Assembly (NCBI GenBank): GCA_012295275.1 | Contig: CM022676.1 | Span: 3,224,001 to 3,288,000 of the forward strand | DNA from: Chrysomallon squamiferum | Lineage: Eukaryota > Animalia > Mollusca | Direction: 5' to 3' | DNA length: 64,000 nucleotides | Shown: positions 1 to 14,170 of the stretch, piece by piece | How the letters are laid out: the number at the start of each line of letters is the position of its first letter | Position numbering within the stretch: the first letter of the stretch is position 1 | Notes under the pieces: generated by a model | The model's input: the letters and a program-made list of their open reading frames with translations, nothing else | What the model was told of the DNA's origin: nothing | Database searches by the model: none | Made by a program: the position numbers and the translations under genes

Positions 1-206
1 CATGAATCCATAAACTGATAATTTTTAATATGTTTAAGTAATTCACATAAATTTAAACTAACAGTATCAGATTTAGTATATTCCTACAAACAGTAGCTAG
101 CGAGAACTGCTTATAAGTTCAGATAGTTGAGCTTTGGATTCTCTAACTCAAGATTCTGGTCCAGATCTTCTAGGTGGAAGATGAATAAATTGAATAAATA
201 GCTTAC

Positions 207-278
207 CTTAACAGTAACAGACAAAGAAACCATAGCCTTTGTTTCTTGATAAGAATATCCAAATATTCCAAAAACAAC
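207..278 (-). CDS. Candidate 72-nt internal exon of the large minus-strand gene (coding status uncertain)
   Basis: Minus strand reads ctttaatttcag|GTTGTTTTTGG...ACTGTTAAG|gtaagc. Phase 0 gives VVFGIFGYSYQETKAMVSLSVTVK (internal GCTATGG ATG at 233-231). Phase 2 gives LFLEYLDILIKKQRLWFLCLLLL. Phase 1 ends in TAA one base before the donor. Confidence 0.5.
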
Positions 279-1697
279 CTGAAATTAAAGTAAAATAATG
301 TCAATACACATTTATGCTCAGAATATTTTTTGTTATTTATTTATTTTTTTTTTTTTTTTTTTTCTGTTAGAAGCAATTATTTAATTAGCAGACTTATATA
401 TATATATAGAAAGATAGATAGTTATAGACAGACATTTGATGAAGTATGTACAAGGCACTGGGTTGACAAAGAAATAATCCATCAGGACAATGATGTGTAA
501 GAGGTTCTCTCAGAAGAGCAGCACCTACTCAGCTCTACACAGATATTTTACTGTTTTCAGTAGTAAACAATTTTAAACATAAATCTTCATTTTCATCTCT
601 AACAGTTAATTTATTTAAACTTAACACAGGCAGCAGAGGTTTTATGTCTTAAAAAAAAAATTAAAAAATTGTTTTCATTTTTTTTGGAAAAATAAAATTT
701 TATTGAGCTATTACCAAAATCTGATCTGCAGTCATTTTAATTCAATCATCATGATATTTAATCCCAAATCTTCAATAATTTTTTTTCTGTTTTTTAAATT
801 TTGTTTTAAACAGCATGAATTTCTCAACTAGAATCATTCTGATTACACTGATTTGACTAAGTGGTCTTCAATGTTGTCGTACAAAGACAATGAGATTGCT
901 GTGTCGAGGAATGACAGGTATCCAAACCAAACATCTGTCCAAGCAGCGTCTGGTGCTGTCTGCAGTCACATGTGTGACACTACTGGGTCAGCATCTTCCA
1001 CTAACACAATTTGCACCACAGACAACAGATCAGTCAGACTCAAACTCAAACTCACGGTTAAAGTACACGTGTACATCACAAGTCTGAGCTGCAGACTCAA
1101 AAATCTTTCCAGTCCACTTTGTTAATAATACAGACCCCTGTAGTTATGTCTTATTTTTTTCAAAATTTTGAAATATTCATCCTAGTCTATTAATTATATT
1201 ACATAATTTTGAAATGTGATATTTGTTTTCACCACCATTATAACATGATCACCATCATGTTTACATTTATTTTAATGTGTTTGTATCCATGTTGTTTTAT
1301 ATTTTTAGTTTATTAGTTTACATGTTAAACCACCCTTGAACTTACTTTGTATATGAACATGGTATTTAAATATAATAATAATATACTTATGACAGTGTTA
1401 TTCTTGGTGTATTACAGTTTTTATTAAGCTGGTGACTTGTTCACCCAAAGGTGAATGAAAGTTATTTTGGGGTGAATGAAACGAGAGACAAAAATCATCA
1501 AAAATGTATTTAATCATCAGTGAATGAAATTTAACTGTTAGAGAATTATAAAGTAGATGGGGGTAGTGACTGACTTAGCTCTGGGGAAGAAGCAAGAAAC
1601 AGTGATGTAATGAAATCAACAGAGTTCTTGTCTCGTGTCAGTATTACAGTGTTATAGTTACACAGATAGTGGTGTTGCAATTCATGAAGGATTGCTT

Positions 1698-1751
1698 GGA
1701 TTTGAACCCAGTACTGATTACACTTCACACTGACAACTTAACTACTATGTC
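1698..1751 (-). mobile_element. Decayed tRNA-derived SINE head
   Basis: Minus strand gacatagtagttaag (A-box-like) followed ~28 nt later by GGTTCAAATCC (B-box-like). No full cloverleaf. Confidence 0.35.
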
Positions 1752-2738
1752 TTGACACATTTTTGATAGATTTACTAAATCAATTAAATTTAAAAACAAT
1801 ATAAATAATGTCTCTACTTTGAAATAACAGATTTGATAGAGATGACAACAAACATTAGTATAATAACAATAACATTTAGCAGAAGATGTAATATTAAAAG
1901 TAATAAAACAAAATAAGGTTGGTGTTTGTGAATTAAATATTTAAAATTTGCTATGAAGTCAAATATTATAAACCCATCACTTTATTTTTAATGTGAAACT
2001 AATTAGATCTGTGTTCATTTTTTTTTTTTATTATTAAAATTAAAGTTTTAAAAACACTGACAATACTTGGTAATAAAAAAAAATATTATTCAGTTTCATT
2101 TTACCTACAAGATAAAATTACAAATTTCTCAGTAATGCACATGAAGCAAAAACATCGGTCAACAAATTAAAACTGAACTATTCATTATTAACAGATCGAA
2201 TGTGTTCCTTCTCAAACTGACTGATCATTAATAAGTCATTCACAAACAGAAAAGAACTGTGAGAAACAAAATAGATTATCAGTACAGTAATATCTGAACA
2301 CCTATAAACCATAGGATATAATGGATATTACACATCTGTGAATGAGATGCCAGTGAATACTATAAAGTCTGTCATAACATATTTAGTGTAAAATATGAAG
2401 TCTGTAAACGAGATAACACAATAAAAATGATACAAGATTAAGACATAATGAATACTGTAACATTTAACAACTGCAAAAGAGATGACATTCAACTAATATA
2501 ATGTCTGTATCATAACACAAACTAAAACATAAAATTTATAAATAAGATGACATGCATTAAAGACAAATTGCATGAATCAAGACATAATGAAAATCCGATG
2601 ATTAACAAATGCTGTAAAGTATGAATCGGATGGCGTAATGCCAGTTACAAACTCAGTGAATCAGATGATATATCCAAGTGTTTGTGAATCACTCTAAGTC
2701 TATGTATCATATGATATAATGATAATGATAAATTCTAT

Positions 2739-3130
2739 AATGCCCATGACACAATGAATAAAATCTATGAATAGTATTATAATGCCTATGACATAATGAA
2801 TAGTCTATGAACCAGATAATGCAAACTGTAATGCCTATGACATAATGAATAAAGTCTATGAACCAGATAATGAAACTGTAATGCCTATGACATAATGAAT
2901 AACGTCTATGAACCAGATACTGAATACTATAATGCCTAAGATATAATGAATAGTCTATGAACCAGATCATGATGAATACTGTAATGCCTAGGACATAATG
3001 AATAAAGTCTATGAAATGGAAGATAATGAAAACTGTAATGCCTATGACGTAATGAATAAAGTCTATGAACCAGATAATGAAAACCTGTAATGCCTATGAC
3101 ATAATGAATAAAGTCTATGAACCAGATGAT
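2739..3130. repeat. ~50-bp minisatellite, about 8 copies
   Basis: Unit aatgcctatgacataatgaataaagtctatgaaccagataatgaaactgt recurs near 2739, 2781, 2830, 2880, 2931, 2982, 3037 and 3089. Confidence 0.9.
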
Positions 3131-3235
3131 ATAATGAACATTATAGCGTCTAAGTACCTGTAAATCTGTTGTCAAATGGTCACTCAGACGTTGCCAGTAA
3201 TTTCCAAATGACAATAATCCAAATACTTTACTCAC

Positions 3236-3306
3236 TACTGAGACAAACACAGAGAGGAGCTGGAGGGTAGGATGGCAGCCATTGTGCGGCACCCATACGA
3301 ATATAT
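3236..3306 (-). other. Candidate 71-nt exon
   Basis: Minus strand gtcttctag|ATATATTCGTATGGG...CTCAGTA|gtgagtaa. GC-richer than its flanks. The short pyrimidine tract and A at -1 make it weaker than the other exons. Confidence 0.3.
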
Positions 3307-4653
3307 CTAGAAGACTATTTCTAATCCATTATCTAGCATCAATGAGATGTCTAGACAGTGGTCGTTTTCAATTAACTCCATACATTGTTATAGATCTACT
3401 GGGCATTGATTGCTGCAGTCTATTAATATACAATCAAGTTTCCCCCACTTCTGTCTATCACAGACTGTAGCAATTACTTACATACAACAACACCAGGTTT
3501 CATTTCATCGTCTTGTCTACGTTTGGAGACAAATATGAATAAATTGATAAAAATGTGTACAGTTTTCTAAATCTTTCAGCTCTGTATACTTCTTCTTCTT
3601 CTTGTTTTTTTTTTCTTCTTCCCACCTATCAATTTAAAAATTATCTTCAGAATTAAATGGTAGTAAATGAAAATCGGCGGTATTTACCCAGCGTGATAAA
3701 TGTTTAAATAAATATTAAATATCTTATATTGCCACCGACAACAAAGATAAGCTTAAGACGCTGTCAGAAAAATGTCAGATCAGATTCTACGCATTCAGCG
3801 TCTCAGGGAGAGAACTGATGGCTTATAGCATTGATAAATCTATAATCAATTCTTATGACAGCACCACGAGCGTCTGCTGGAGGGGTTTTTTTTAGATATT
3901 TTTTTAGATATTTTTTTTTTTTTTTTACACTGTATTCAAACCAATCATCTATGACTGATACTGTATTTTATACTGTCTGGCTGTCTGAGTGGTGTTATTA
4001 AAAACAAGACTGTGTTACGTAATCTGGCTGGTTCTGATCTGGTAATGATGCTGGTTCCAGTATAAACCTAAACGGACAGATCAATAAGATCACAAACTTT
4101 GTTACCAAATGCAAACCTGGTGTCAGCAGGTTCAAGTCTTACCAATGTAATACAATGAAGTTTAAATCTTTATAATGATTTTAAACATTACAAGAGTGAA
4201 ACACAGAAGTTCAAATGTTATTAGTGATTCTGAACACTGCCAATGTAATCTAGAAATTACAGTCTTGATAATGAACCTAAACGCTGCCTGTATGGAACAG
4301 AGAAGTTCGAATCTGAGGAATAACTGTTGTTATTATGATATATTTATGAAGAATTTAATAACACAGGAATTAATAAACAATGTTTTAATGGTTCCCAATG
4401 TTAACAGTTCTTAAGACTAAGACCTTTAAGACACAGTTTATATACAGTTTATATACAGAAATGAAATTTGCTAGCATCATTAAAATAAACTAGTCACTGG
4501 TCAAGAGCAAACAATGCTGTAGTTTCTTCCAGACAGGGGAACATAAAAATCATTTTCTAGAACAAGTGTAAACCAGGCCGGAATGGGAAATAACTCAGTG
4601 TGTTCATCAAAGGGAAACAGAATGATAATATTTTAATACAATAATAAAAACAA

Positions 4654-4684
<31 letters not shown>

Positions 4685-5982
4685 GAAGAAAAAACTGAAG
4701 AGAGAGAGAGAGAAAAAAAACACTACAGAAATTAGCTCAATTTGCAAGAACTAAGTCTGTATTGATTTTTTCTGCAAACAGATTCGACCACATCTTCAGC
4801 TAAATGGCATTTTTAAGTCACAAAGAATTAGCCATATGTCGATGTAACATCTTTTCAGTTGATACACCAACACAACTGTTATTCCGAAAAACAGAAGGAA
4901 AAAATTTCAAAATTGGATTAAATAAAAAAAAAAAAAAAAAATCGTAGAAGAAAAAAAAAAAAAAAAAAAAAATGAAAATGAAAAAAAAAAAAGGAAAAAA
5001 ATTTGAAAAAAATTAAATTGGCTTGTAGGACTTTAGAGCAAAGCTCAATTTCCCACCAAGTAATGAACTGATTCTGTGTGTATAACAGAGAACATCTCTT
5101 CAACTGTTAGCAAGTCTGGCTGTTAATTCAAGTGATAACAAAACGAAAATCTCCAGACGAAAAACAAATAAGACACAACCTACGTAGATATAGCCGAAAC
5201 ATAATTCAAGAAGAAATTTCTTCTATTTCACAAACATTTATAATCTTTCACTTTATTAGTTGTCTACGATTTCATACTTGTCTAATAACCTAACAGAAAA
5301 GAAACCTACATCTGCTGCTCAACATTTTTATTTTTTGTTCTCCTTTTTTTTTTTTGTAATTATTTTTAATTTTTATTCTATTTTATTATTACTATTTTTT
5401 ATTTTTATTATTTTTTAAACCTATAAGCAGCCAGGAATAAAGGTTTTTTCTTTTATTATTATTATTTTATTTTATTTTTTCAGTGTTTTATTTATAGCTA
5501 TACCTTCCAGACAGGAAATAATCTACTGTGGCTTTATAATGTACTAGAAGTACAATTGGATTTTTTTTAGAAAGATGTGTCTATAAATTATCATCATCAT
5601 CATCATTATTATCATTATTAAGATTTTAAAAACTTTTAATTATGACACATCTTACTATCTTTACCTTTTCAGATTTTGTAATGTATATAATCATTTACTA
5701 ATTAACCTTGTTATTTCTAAAATATAATTTTAATTTATAATTTCTAAGATGTGCTAATATATAATTTTATTTAATTTACAATTTCTACAATAAGCTAATA
5801 TATAATTTTATTTAATTTACAATTTCTACAATAAGCTTTTATATAATTTTATTTTATTCATAATCTCTGTACTAATATATGATTTTTATTTATAATATTT
5901 AAGGTGTACTAATATATAAATTTATTTAATTTATGATCTCAACAACACTCTGATATATATAATTTTATTTATAATATTTAAC

Positions 5983-6340
5983 GTGCTAATATAGATAATG
6001 TTAATTTACAATCTTTAACCTGTGCTAATATAGATAATGTTAATTTACAATCTTTAACCTGTGCTAATATAGATAATGTTAATTTACAATCTTTAACATG
6101 TGCTAATATAGATAATGTTAATTTACAATCTTTAACCTGTGCTAATATAGATAATGTTAATTTACAATCTTTAACCTGTGCTAATATAGATAATGTTAAT
6201 TTACAATCTTTAACCTGTGCTAATATAGATAATGTTAATTTACAATCTTTAACCTGTGCTAATATAGATAATGTTAATTTACAATCTTTAACCTGTGCTA
6301 ATATAGATAATGTTAATTTACAATCTTTAACCGGTGCTAA
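5983..6340. repeat. 39-bp minisatellite, about 9 near-identical copies
   Basis: Unit tgtgctaatatagataatgttaatttacaatctttaacc. It explains the AQVKDCKLTLSIL repeat ORF. Degenerate related units extend left to ~5720. Confidence 0.95.
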
Positions 6341-6895
6341 TAAATAATTATTTACTGCTGACAACCCTTCAACAGCTTGTACAGATGACATTTAGATTAA
6401 CTGTCATGTCATGTTCGCGACCGTGTCAACGAGCGAGCGACGCTTACAGAACCAGCCAACCGTGACAGCAGACAGTCACCTGGTTCACAGTGACTTTGCC
6501 ATGCATGATTGACTGCGGTGAAATGAATCAGCAACTATTTATTAATACGGAGTCTCCGAGGAGAAAAACACAGAAATAACTTGCAAGTCGTAAATCAATG
6601 AAAAATGTAAATTCAGCACATTCGTGTCTGTCTGTCTGTCTGTCTGTCTGTCTGATCAGATGGAATAAAGCCAGGTCGACACTTAGTTTGTTTATGAATA
6701 GGCAAAGACAGTGTCCATGGATTGAACTGCAGCTGCTTCTAATGAAATGAAAATGGAGCACTGTGTGGATTGAGTAAAAATGAAAGAAATAAAATTTACA
6801 AAAAAATGGCTCACACTTCCCCATTAGCTAAAAATATAGAAAAGAAATAGATAAATGACACCCACACAAATACCATTTACATGTATTTACATACA

Positions 6896-6902
<7 letters not shown>

Positions 6903-6970
<68 letters not shown>
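6903..6970. repeat. (CT)n microsatellite
   Basis: Direct reading. Confidence 0.95.
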
Positions 6971-6973
<3 letters not shown>

Positions 6974-7475
6974 GGTGTTAATTTTTAAATTATGGTTCAT
7001 CAGATTCACTCAAAAATAAACACTAATTTAATACCAAAATAAACTGTTTAGTGCGCAAGTTATACATAATCTGCAACACTAGAACAGCATAAAATTTACA
7101 TCTGGTAATACGTATCAGTGAATGCGTCGACATTAACTGGTAATAACATCAAATTAAATAGCGTCACATCAACGACTGTTCTCAGTCAAAGCCGTCAACG
7201 CGTGACACACTTCTGGCGGGGGTTTCACCACCATCAACCGTGACACTACTTCTGACTCATAAAATCTCATTCGACATTTGAAATAATCTTCCCCCTGCTA
7301 TCAAAGATGCCATTTTTTTTGACGGAGCTGAACAATAAACTAATCATGTTTGATACGGAGCAGGATCCGTGATGACATCAAACTGCTCCGTTTTTAATCC
7401 ACCAGAATTTTTTTTCATTTTTTTTTTTTTTTTTTTTTTTAACACAATACAGAGAATCACCGACAAGGATAAAAA

Positions 7476-7507
<32 letters not shown>

Positions 7508-7783
7508 GCCATCATAATCAAGAGCAGGCTTCATGTACTGCCTGAAATAATCACTTCAAAATTAAATCAGATTGGAAATTGAGATGGTTAGTTAAAAAGA
7601 CTGCATTCTCTACACTCAAAACTGTTTGTATAAATGTGGGTCTTAACTAAATCACTAAAGAATTTTTTACATATTTGACACTGAACTGCATTACAAATTA
7701 AAAACACTACATTACAAATTAAGAACACACATTTATCTATAGTAAAATCAGGAATAGATTTTTATAACCTCCTACCCCTAATG

Positions 7784-7816
<33 letters not shown>

Positions 7817-9462
7817 AATGCACATACACAGTGATAAAGAAAAGGTATTTTAACAGTTTAATACTAAAAGTGCGTAAGTACTTTGCACAATTTGAAGATA
7901 GATAGATTTTATCATAAGTGATGTATTTTTAAAAGTTTGCCTAAAGGAATTACTAACATTCTAATTAAGGTGTATATATTAATCATGCCACATTTGACAG
8001 TTTCTGTCCTGTTAAAGTAATGTGAATTTATAAAACAGTTTCAAGAAAAGTAAATAAAACCCACACAGGTTAAAAAGTTTGTTCTGATAAAATCAAAATA
8101 TATAATAATTAAAATATTTAGATAAAAACCAAGATAAATTACATTAACATGTTGTTCAATCTTTTTAATGTTATTAATATTTTTAACTAAATATGCATTT
8201 ATTTTATTTCAAAAATACCCATTATTAGACTGTGAAAATAAAAATAAAATTGTAAATGTAAGTTATTTATTTATAAATGTAACAACTTGAAATAAAGTAT
8301 GTGTGTGTATTTGTGTGTGTGTGTGTGTTTGTGTGTGTGTGAGATCAAAATTTTGAAAACAAAATGTCACAAACACAAAAAGTATTACCTTTTCAGGTAG
8401 ATTATTTTAAACTTATATAAAGTCTGAAAAGTTATGGATTATCTACCTTATTATTAAATAATAATAAATAATAATAATAAAAGGAAGAAGAAGAAAGAAA
8501 AAAGAAGAAATTGCAATAAAATGAAATAAAACTGTTCATAAAATGTTGATCGCTTTCTTTTACATAAATATTATTATAAAAAAAAAATCTTGATTACAGC
8601 AAACCACTCTGAACTAATCAGGAAATCCTATTCCGGTTGAATAGTGATTCTGACTTTTGATCAGACATTTCAACCAAACACATCAAATATGTCTTTCAGT
8701 TTAAAATCACCAGTGCAAATTAGCAGTTTTTAAAAAAAAAACAAGAATTTCTTTTCAAACATCAAAATAAAGAAAAAAAAAAAGAATCATTTTATGTTGT
8801 CACTTTGAACATGTTTGCAAAAACGTTTAGAATTTTTTTTGACTTTTTGCTTTTAGTTACTTTCATTTATTTATTTATTTTTTTATTATTAATATTTTTT
8901 AAAAAGACTTTTATGTTCTTTATATTCTGTAATTTTATTTTCCTTTTCTTTACTTTTCTTTATTTTTTTTTTTTTTTTTTTTTTTTGATGATTTTAATAA
9001 AAACAATTATTTTTTATAACTACTATAAAAATTAATAATCACCAATATTTAAACCTGACCTTACATCTGAAACATTTTAACAAATCTGGTAAATTAATAA
9101 AAATTTGTGTATGTCTGTGTTTGTGTCTGTGTGTGTGTGAGATAAGAAACTATTAGATATAAATCTGGCTTCTTTCTTATTTTTAATTTTTATGTTTGTC
9201 TGATGCTTTCATTTTCATTGTTAATTAATTATTCTTTTTTTTTTTTTTTTTTTTCTATCACACAATCTGAATGACTGCAAACTAAAAAGAAAAAAAGTAT
9301 TTCTTATGACTAACTTTCTAAAGTAAAACATATTTTTTTTAAAAAGAAGAAAAATTTAGAAAGAAAATGTTACAAATAACTTTGTATTTTATTACTAAAG
9401 GCAGAATTAGTTGACAATTAGCAGATTAACCCTTAGTATTTAACAACAACACCAACAGCAAC

Positions 9463-9500
<38 letters not shown>

Positions 9501-10276
9501 CAACAATAATAATGACAATAATAATAACAATAACATAAATTAAAACTGCTTATATAAAACGAAAGAAAAAACAAAACAAAAAATAAGAAAAATAAAATTC
9601 CTTTCTTTAAAAACATTTAAAAAAAAAAAATAAAATAAAAAAATAAACATAGACACTTGCAGAAGATCACAAACGAGTTTCAATTCAATGGCTGAGTTGT
9701 GATTTACTTGAGAAATCAAATTATGAACGTTTGGGTGGCAATTTTTCCAAGATTAATGTGAAAGAGCAGTGAACAGCGTGCTTTGAATCAGCGATGATGT
9801 TAGGTTAGCAGTCCAGTCAAAACACACACTTTCATTTTCCCTCAACAACACACCTCCGGGCATCATTACGTCTCAGTGACTCAGTGTTCTGGCTGAGAAA
9901 TGACGGCTAACAGGATCAAACCTCATCAGTGCTACCATGAGAAATTTCATTAAAAAGCTCAGCTTAAACTGAAACCCAAATTTAATTTATTTAATTTTTA
10001 TTTTTTTTTTTTTTTTTTTTGTTGATTTTCCTACTTTTTTTATTTATTTATTTTATTTATTTACATTGGTACTGTAGCTTAGTGGCAGAATTTGAGTTTA
10101 ATTGCATTAACTTTAATTTCTATGATTATTACTATGACAACACACAAATTTATTACCAAATTACAGGAAACAAAAGCCTCAACTCAGATTTACTTTGAAA
10201 AGTACACTTTGGTGGGGTACTTCAGCTAATTCATAAAGCGCTTCATTCAGGAACAACGGGCTGCAGGATCTAACCT

Positions 10277-10410
10277 TCTTAATAAATCACCTAAATTACA
10301 AAATTTTGTTTGTGTCTCTGCTTAATAAATCATCTAATTTTCAAAATATATTTTTCATCTCTGCTTAATAAATCACCTAATTTTCAAGATATGTTTTTCA
10401 TATCTGCTTA
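10277..10410. repeat. ~43-bp tandem repeat, 3 copies
   Basis: cttaataaatcacctaa...tctctg repeated. Confidence 0.75.
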
Positions 10411-10701
10411 ACTTACTTAAAAAAGGATTAGGCTTGCAAATGTGTAATACTGTAATAATGTAACTATCTCTTCCTGTCTACCTGTCTTTAATATTATAAT
10501 AACTGAAAAAAAATGGAAATCATTTTCTTATTTGGTTTATAAGTCTGTCCATAAAGAGAAAATTAATACATTTATTTTCATTTACTTATATAACCGCCTT
10601 TGTGTAAAAAGGAAAAAGAAAAAAATATTTTCTGCTTACAGTATAATTAATTAACTGACTGTAAATAATTACAGTCTGATTTCCTTATTAACAACCCAGA
10701 C

Positions 10702-10711
10702 GTCACGTGAC
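10702..10711. promoter_or_regulatory. GTCACGTGAC palindrome (CLEAR / MiT-TFE / USF-type E-box) overlapping a CRE-like GACGTCA
   Basis: agacGTCACGTGACc, two CpGs in an otherwise CpG-poor intron. Confidence 0.35.
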
Positions 10712-11698
10712 CATCATTATTTATAAATGATTAACAAACTGACGTACAGATTAATATCAACACATAAATACCACACAAACACACAAAGAGCACCTACAAA
10801 CATATGCACAGTAACTCAACACATAAATACCATACAGACACAAAAAAAACACATACAAATGCATAGACACAACAAAAAATACAAATATGCAAGCACTCAG
10901 ATGCTTTTTGTAAAAAACTTAATTATATGTATATATATATAATTTAAATATAAACAAAGTTAAAAAAAACTGAAACAAACCAAAAAATGTGAAGAAGGAA
11001 AATTAAAGACACACTTTGTTAAACATTCTTCAACACAAAATTCAAAACTTAGAATGAATTTTCAACACCATGCAGTTAAGAACATCAGACAAATTAAAGA
11101 GGCCTAAAACTTTGTAAGCAGTATCGTCAAAGAAGCCAGTTTTTTTTTAACACATTTACTTAAGATGACGAGGTACAGCAGAGTGTGTTTTGAAAGTGGG
11201 CCAAAAGTGCACCCAAGTTCAGTATCAGAATGATGACATCAGCAGTATTTCTGCCGCCGTTTGGTTAATACGGGAACCACTATGTTTGATTGGTTGACAA
11301 AGATTTCTTGCCACAAGTCTTGACAAATGGGTTTTGTAGACATCAGTTCTGAATCTTCTGGTGTGGTCAATAAAATGGAAGCAACTCCCAGAGGTAGAGA
11401 AAAGACTGACACCTGCACGGACTCTGGTTATCTCACCGAGTCTGTGATGTGTAAAATTCCTTTTAGTAACGATAATAAGAAGATTGAAAGTGAAAATACT
11501 TAGAGTCAAAGACTTCTGAAGTTTTTCTGATGAAAGCCAAATGTTTTATACTCGTGTATATTTTAACAGAAACATATGTATGTCTCTCTCTCTCTCTATA
11601 TATATACATACACATGAAAGATAAACCTGTACACATAGAGATAACAACATGGACAAGCATGAACAAAGACATGCACACATATGGCAGATATATGAATG

Positions 11699-11699
<1 letters not shown>

Positions 11700-11790
<91 letters not shown>
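11700..11790. repeat. Compound (CT)n(CA)n microsatellite
   Basis: Direct reading. Source of the SLSL/THTH/ERER pseudo-ORFs. Confidence 0.95.
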
Positions 11791-11792
<2 letters not shown>

Positions 11793-13484
11793 CTGCACAG
11801 TATTTTAAAACCCACTGTGACAGCTAAGTATCTTATTTTGTACTGAAACTATCCCACTGTTAATTAATTCCAGTGTCTTCTTTGACTTTTAACAGTCTTG
11901 AGTTTCATTTAATTTAATTAAATCTGCTAAGCTATTTCACTGTTAATAAGAAACAAAACATAAGGAACATGAAACTGAAATGCTGAAGTAATTATTTATA
12001 TAAATTACAATCACATCATTCACTAACACAGAAAATAAACAATTTCATTTATTAATATTGAGTTTACAAACTTTTTTTTTTTTTTTTAATAAATCAAAAA
12101 ATTAAAGTTTAAAAATTGATTTCTGAATTTAAACACAATTCCTTATTAGCAAGTTTTAAGGAAAATAGGGTATTTATTATTTTTATTTTAATACATTTAG
12201 TTTTAATTAATTTTAATGCAATCTGTTACTGACTGGTTATGTCACAAACACTATGTTATCTATCATTATATATATATATATACATATACTATTTTTTTTT
12301 TGTCCATTTTTTTTTTTTTATAACTGATACAACCTGAGACTATAATGTCTAGCAGTCATCAAAAAAACTTTTAGTTTTTTTTCCGTAATCGGAATTAAGC
12401 TGCATTGGACAACAATATGTTGTGGTTCATTAGCAATATACATTTTTTTTTGTGTGTGTGGTTTTTTTTTTCTCCCTCCATCTTGGCTTTAGAATGATTA
12501 ACTGTCAAGCAAAAACCAGTTGGTGAGAAAAAAAATCAATAGGTTTTTTTTCTAAACCTCAACGGTATCTCCCCAAGCAACAAGATATCGGCTCATACAA
12601 TTTTTAGCCAAGCTCTGAAGCTTGCAGTGAATGATAGTTGAAAGTTAGTATGGATTAATCTACTATTCAATTAGGGGCCAGTAATAGATCTTAACCCTTC
12701 AACATTTCTTTCAGTCGTTATGAAAATCTGATGTATTTTTTGCAAACTTGGTAGACAGATTTTTTTTCCCCAGTTAATACAGCAGACACCGTTTTTTTTT
12801 TCTGTTTTTATTTTTAAAAAGAAACTTTTTTATATATATATTTATGTCTGTGTGGGTTTTTTGTGTCTGTGTGGGGTTTTTTGGTGTGTGTATGTCTATA
12901 TGTGTTGGTTTTGGTGTGTGTCTGTGTGATAATCCAAAATAACATGGTTGATGTTTCCCAGTAAAAAGGTAATATTATTTTAATAATATTAACAAATAAA
13001 CAAATGAACAAATATTGTGACTATTTGCTTAAAAGCACTTCCAAGACATTATTAATGATTATACATAGTAATGAAACATAGACTAGAAACCCACATACTG
13101 CTTCAGATGTATCACTGAGAATTATTTCAATAAACCAGCAGTAGTAACTAACTTGAATGGGAATGTATAGTACACGAGTTTTACAGCTTGGCTACTTTAA
13201 GTATCCAAGAACATATATAAACTGCAAAAATTTCAAAAGTGTTTGCCATAAAATCATCAGTGGAATAAAGTCAATGAGTACATTTTATGATGCTCTGTCT
13301 GTATATATTAATTAAATGTCCTTTCAGTAATTTAAAAAATATATAATAATAAATAATAATAGTAATAATAGTAATAATAGTAGTAGCAGTAGTAGCAGTA
13401 GTAGCAGTAGTAGTTGTAGTAGTAGTAATAATAATAAAATATATAGCAAGATTGCTCTGAAGATGTCAATAAAAACTGCAAAAA

Positions 13485-14130
13485 TTCCATGTTTGACATT
13501 GATAAATTATCAGTGATAGAAATTTAATCAATGTGATTTTTATTATATAAAATGTCCGACATTCAATAACTGACAAACCAAGTTTAATTAGTATATTTAA
13601 CAATATTTAAATCGAATAAGTGATAGAAAATACAACAGTATATTTTAGTCATGTTGTTTGACATTAAGTAACTAATCATAGAAAATTAATCAGTGAGATG
13701 TTATTACACAAAAGGTTTGACTACTGCCAGCAAATGATAGAAAATTACTCAGTAGATTTTCATGATATCATTACACAAATGTTTGATCTGGAACGATCAA
13801 AAAGAGAAAATTAATCAATGTGCTCTTGTGCTGTTAACATGTTAGTGGTTGACATCAATTAGCCAATGTCAAAAACTGAATCATTCTACTGCGAAAATGC
13901 CACTGTACAAATGTTTAACCAATAACCAAAAATTAATCACCTTACACCAGTTTATTTACTTGTTTATTTTTTTTACTGACATATCACTTAACCGAAACTG
14001 TATCACGAGACATTTCACCAAGACAGACAATGATCTCCTGACACTGTTAAATGAAACTATTTATGACTAAATGTCTGACATGCAATACTTGCAGTCAGTG
14101 AAACTGAATCAGTGTTCTTCTGTGCATCAT
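13485..14130. repeat. Old degenerate tandem array (atgtttgacat...aaaattaatcaatgtg units)
   Basis: Recurring tgtttgacat / gaaaattaatcartg motifs at roughly 60-120 bp spacing. Confidence 0.55.
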
Positions 14131-14170
14131 TAAAACTTAGCACCTTTTCACCTGAACTTTGAAACACACC

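Noticed and set aside
2707-3292. His/Tyr-rich minus-strand ORFs
   Set aside because: Mostly translation of the 50-bp minisatellite, and the frame shifts between units.
2739-6340. Tandem arrays as CRISPR-like repeats
   Set aside because: No unique spacers, no cas genes, and a eukaryotic context.
11463-11846. ORFs with SLSL/THTH/ERER/CVCV runs (also 15036-15284, 18186-18427, 57983-58222)
   Set aside because: Translations of microsatellites.
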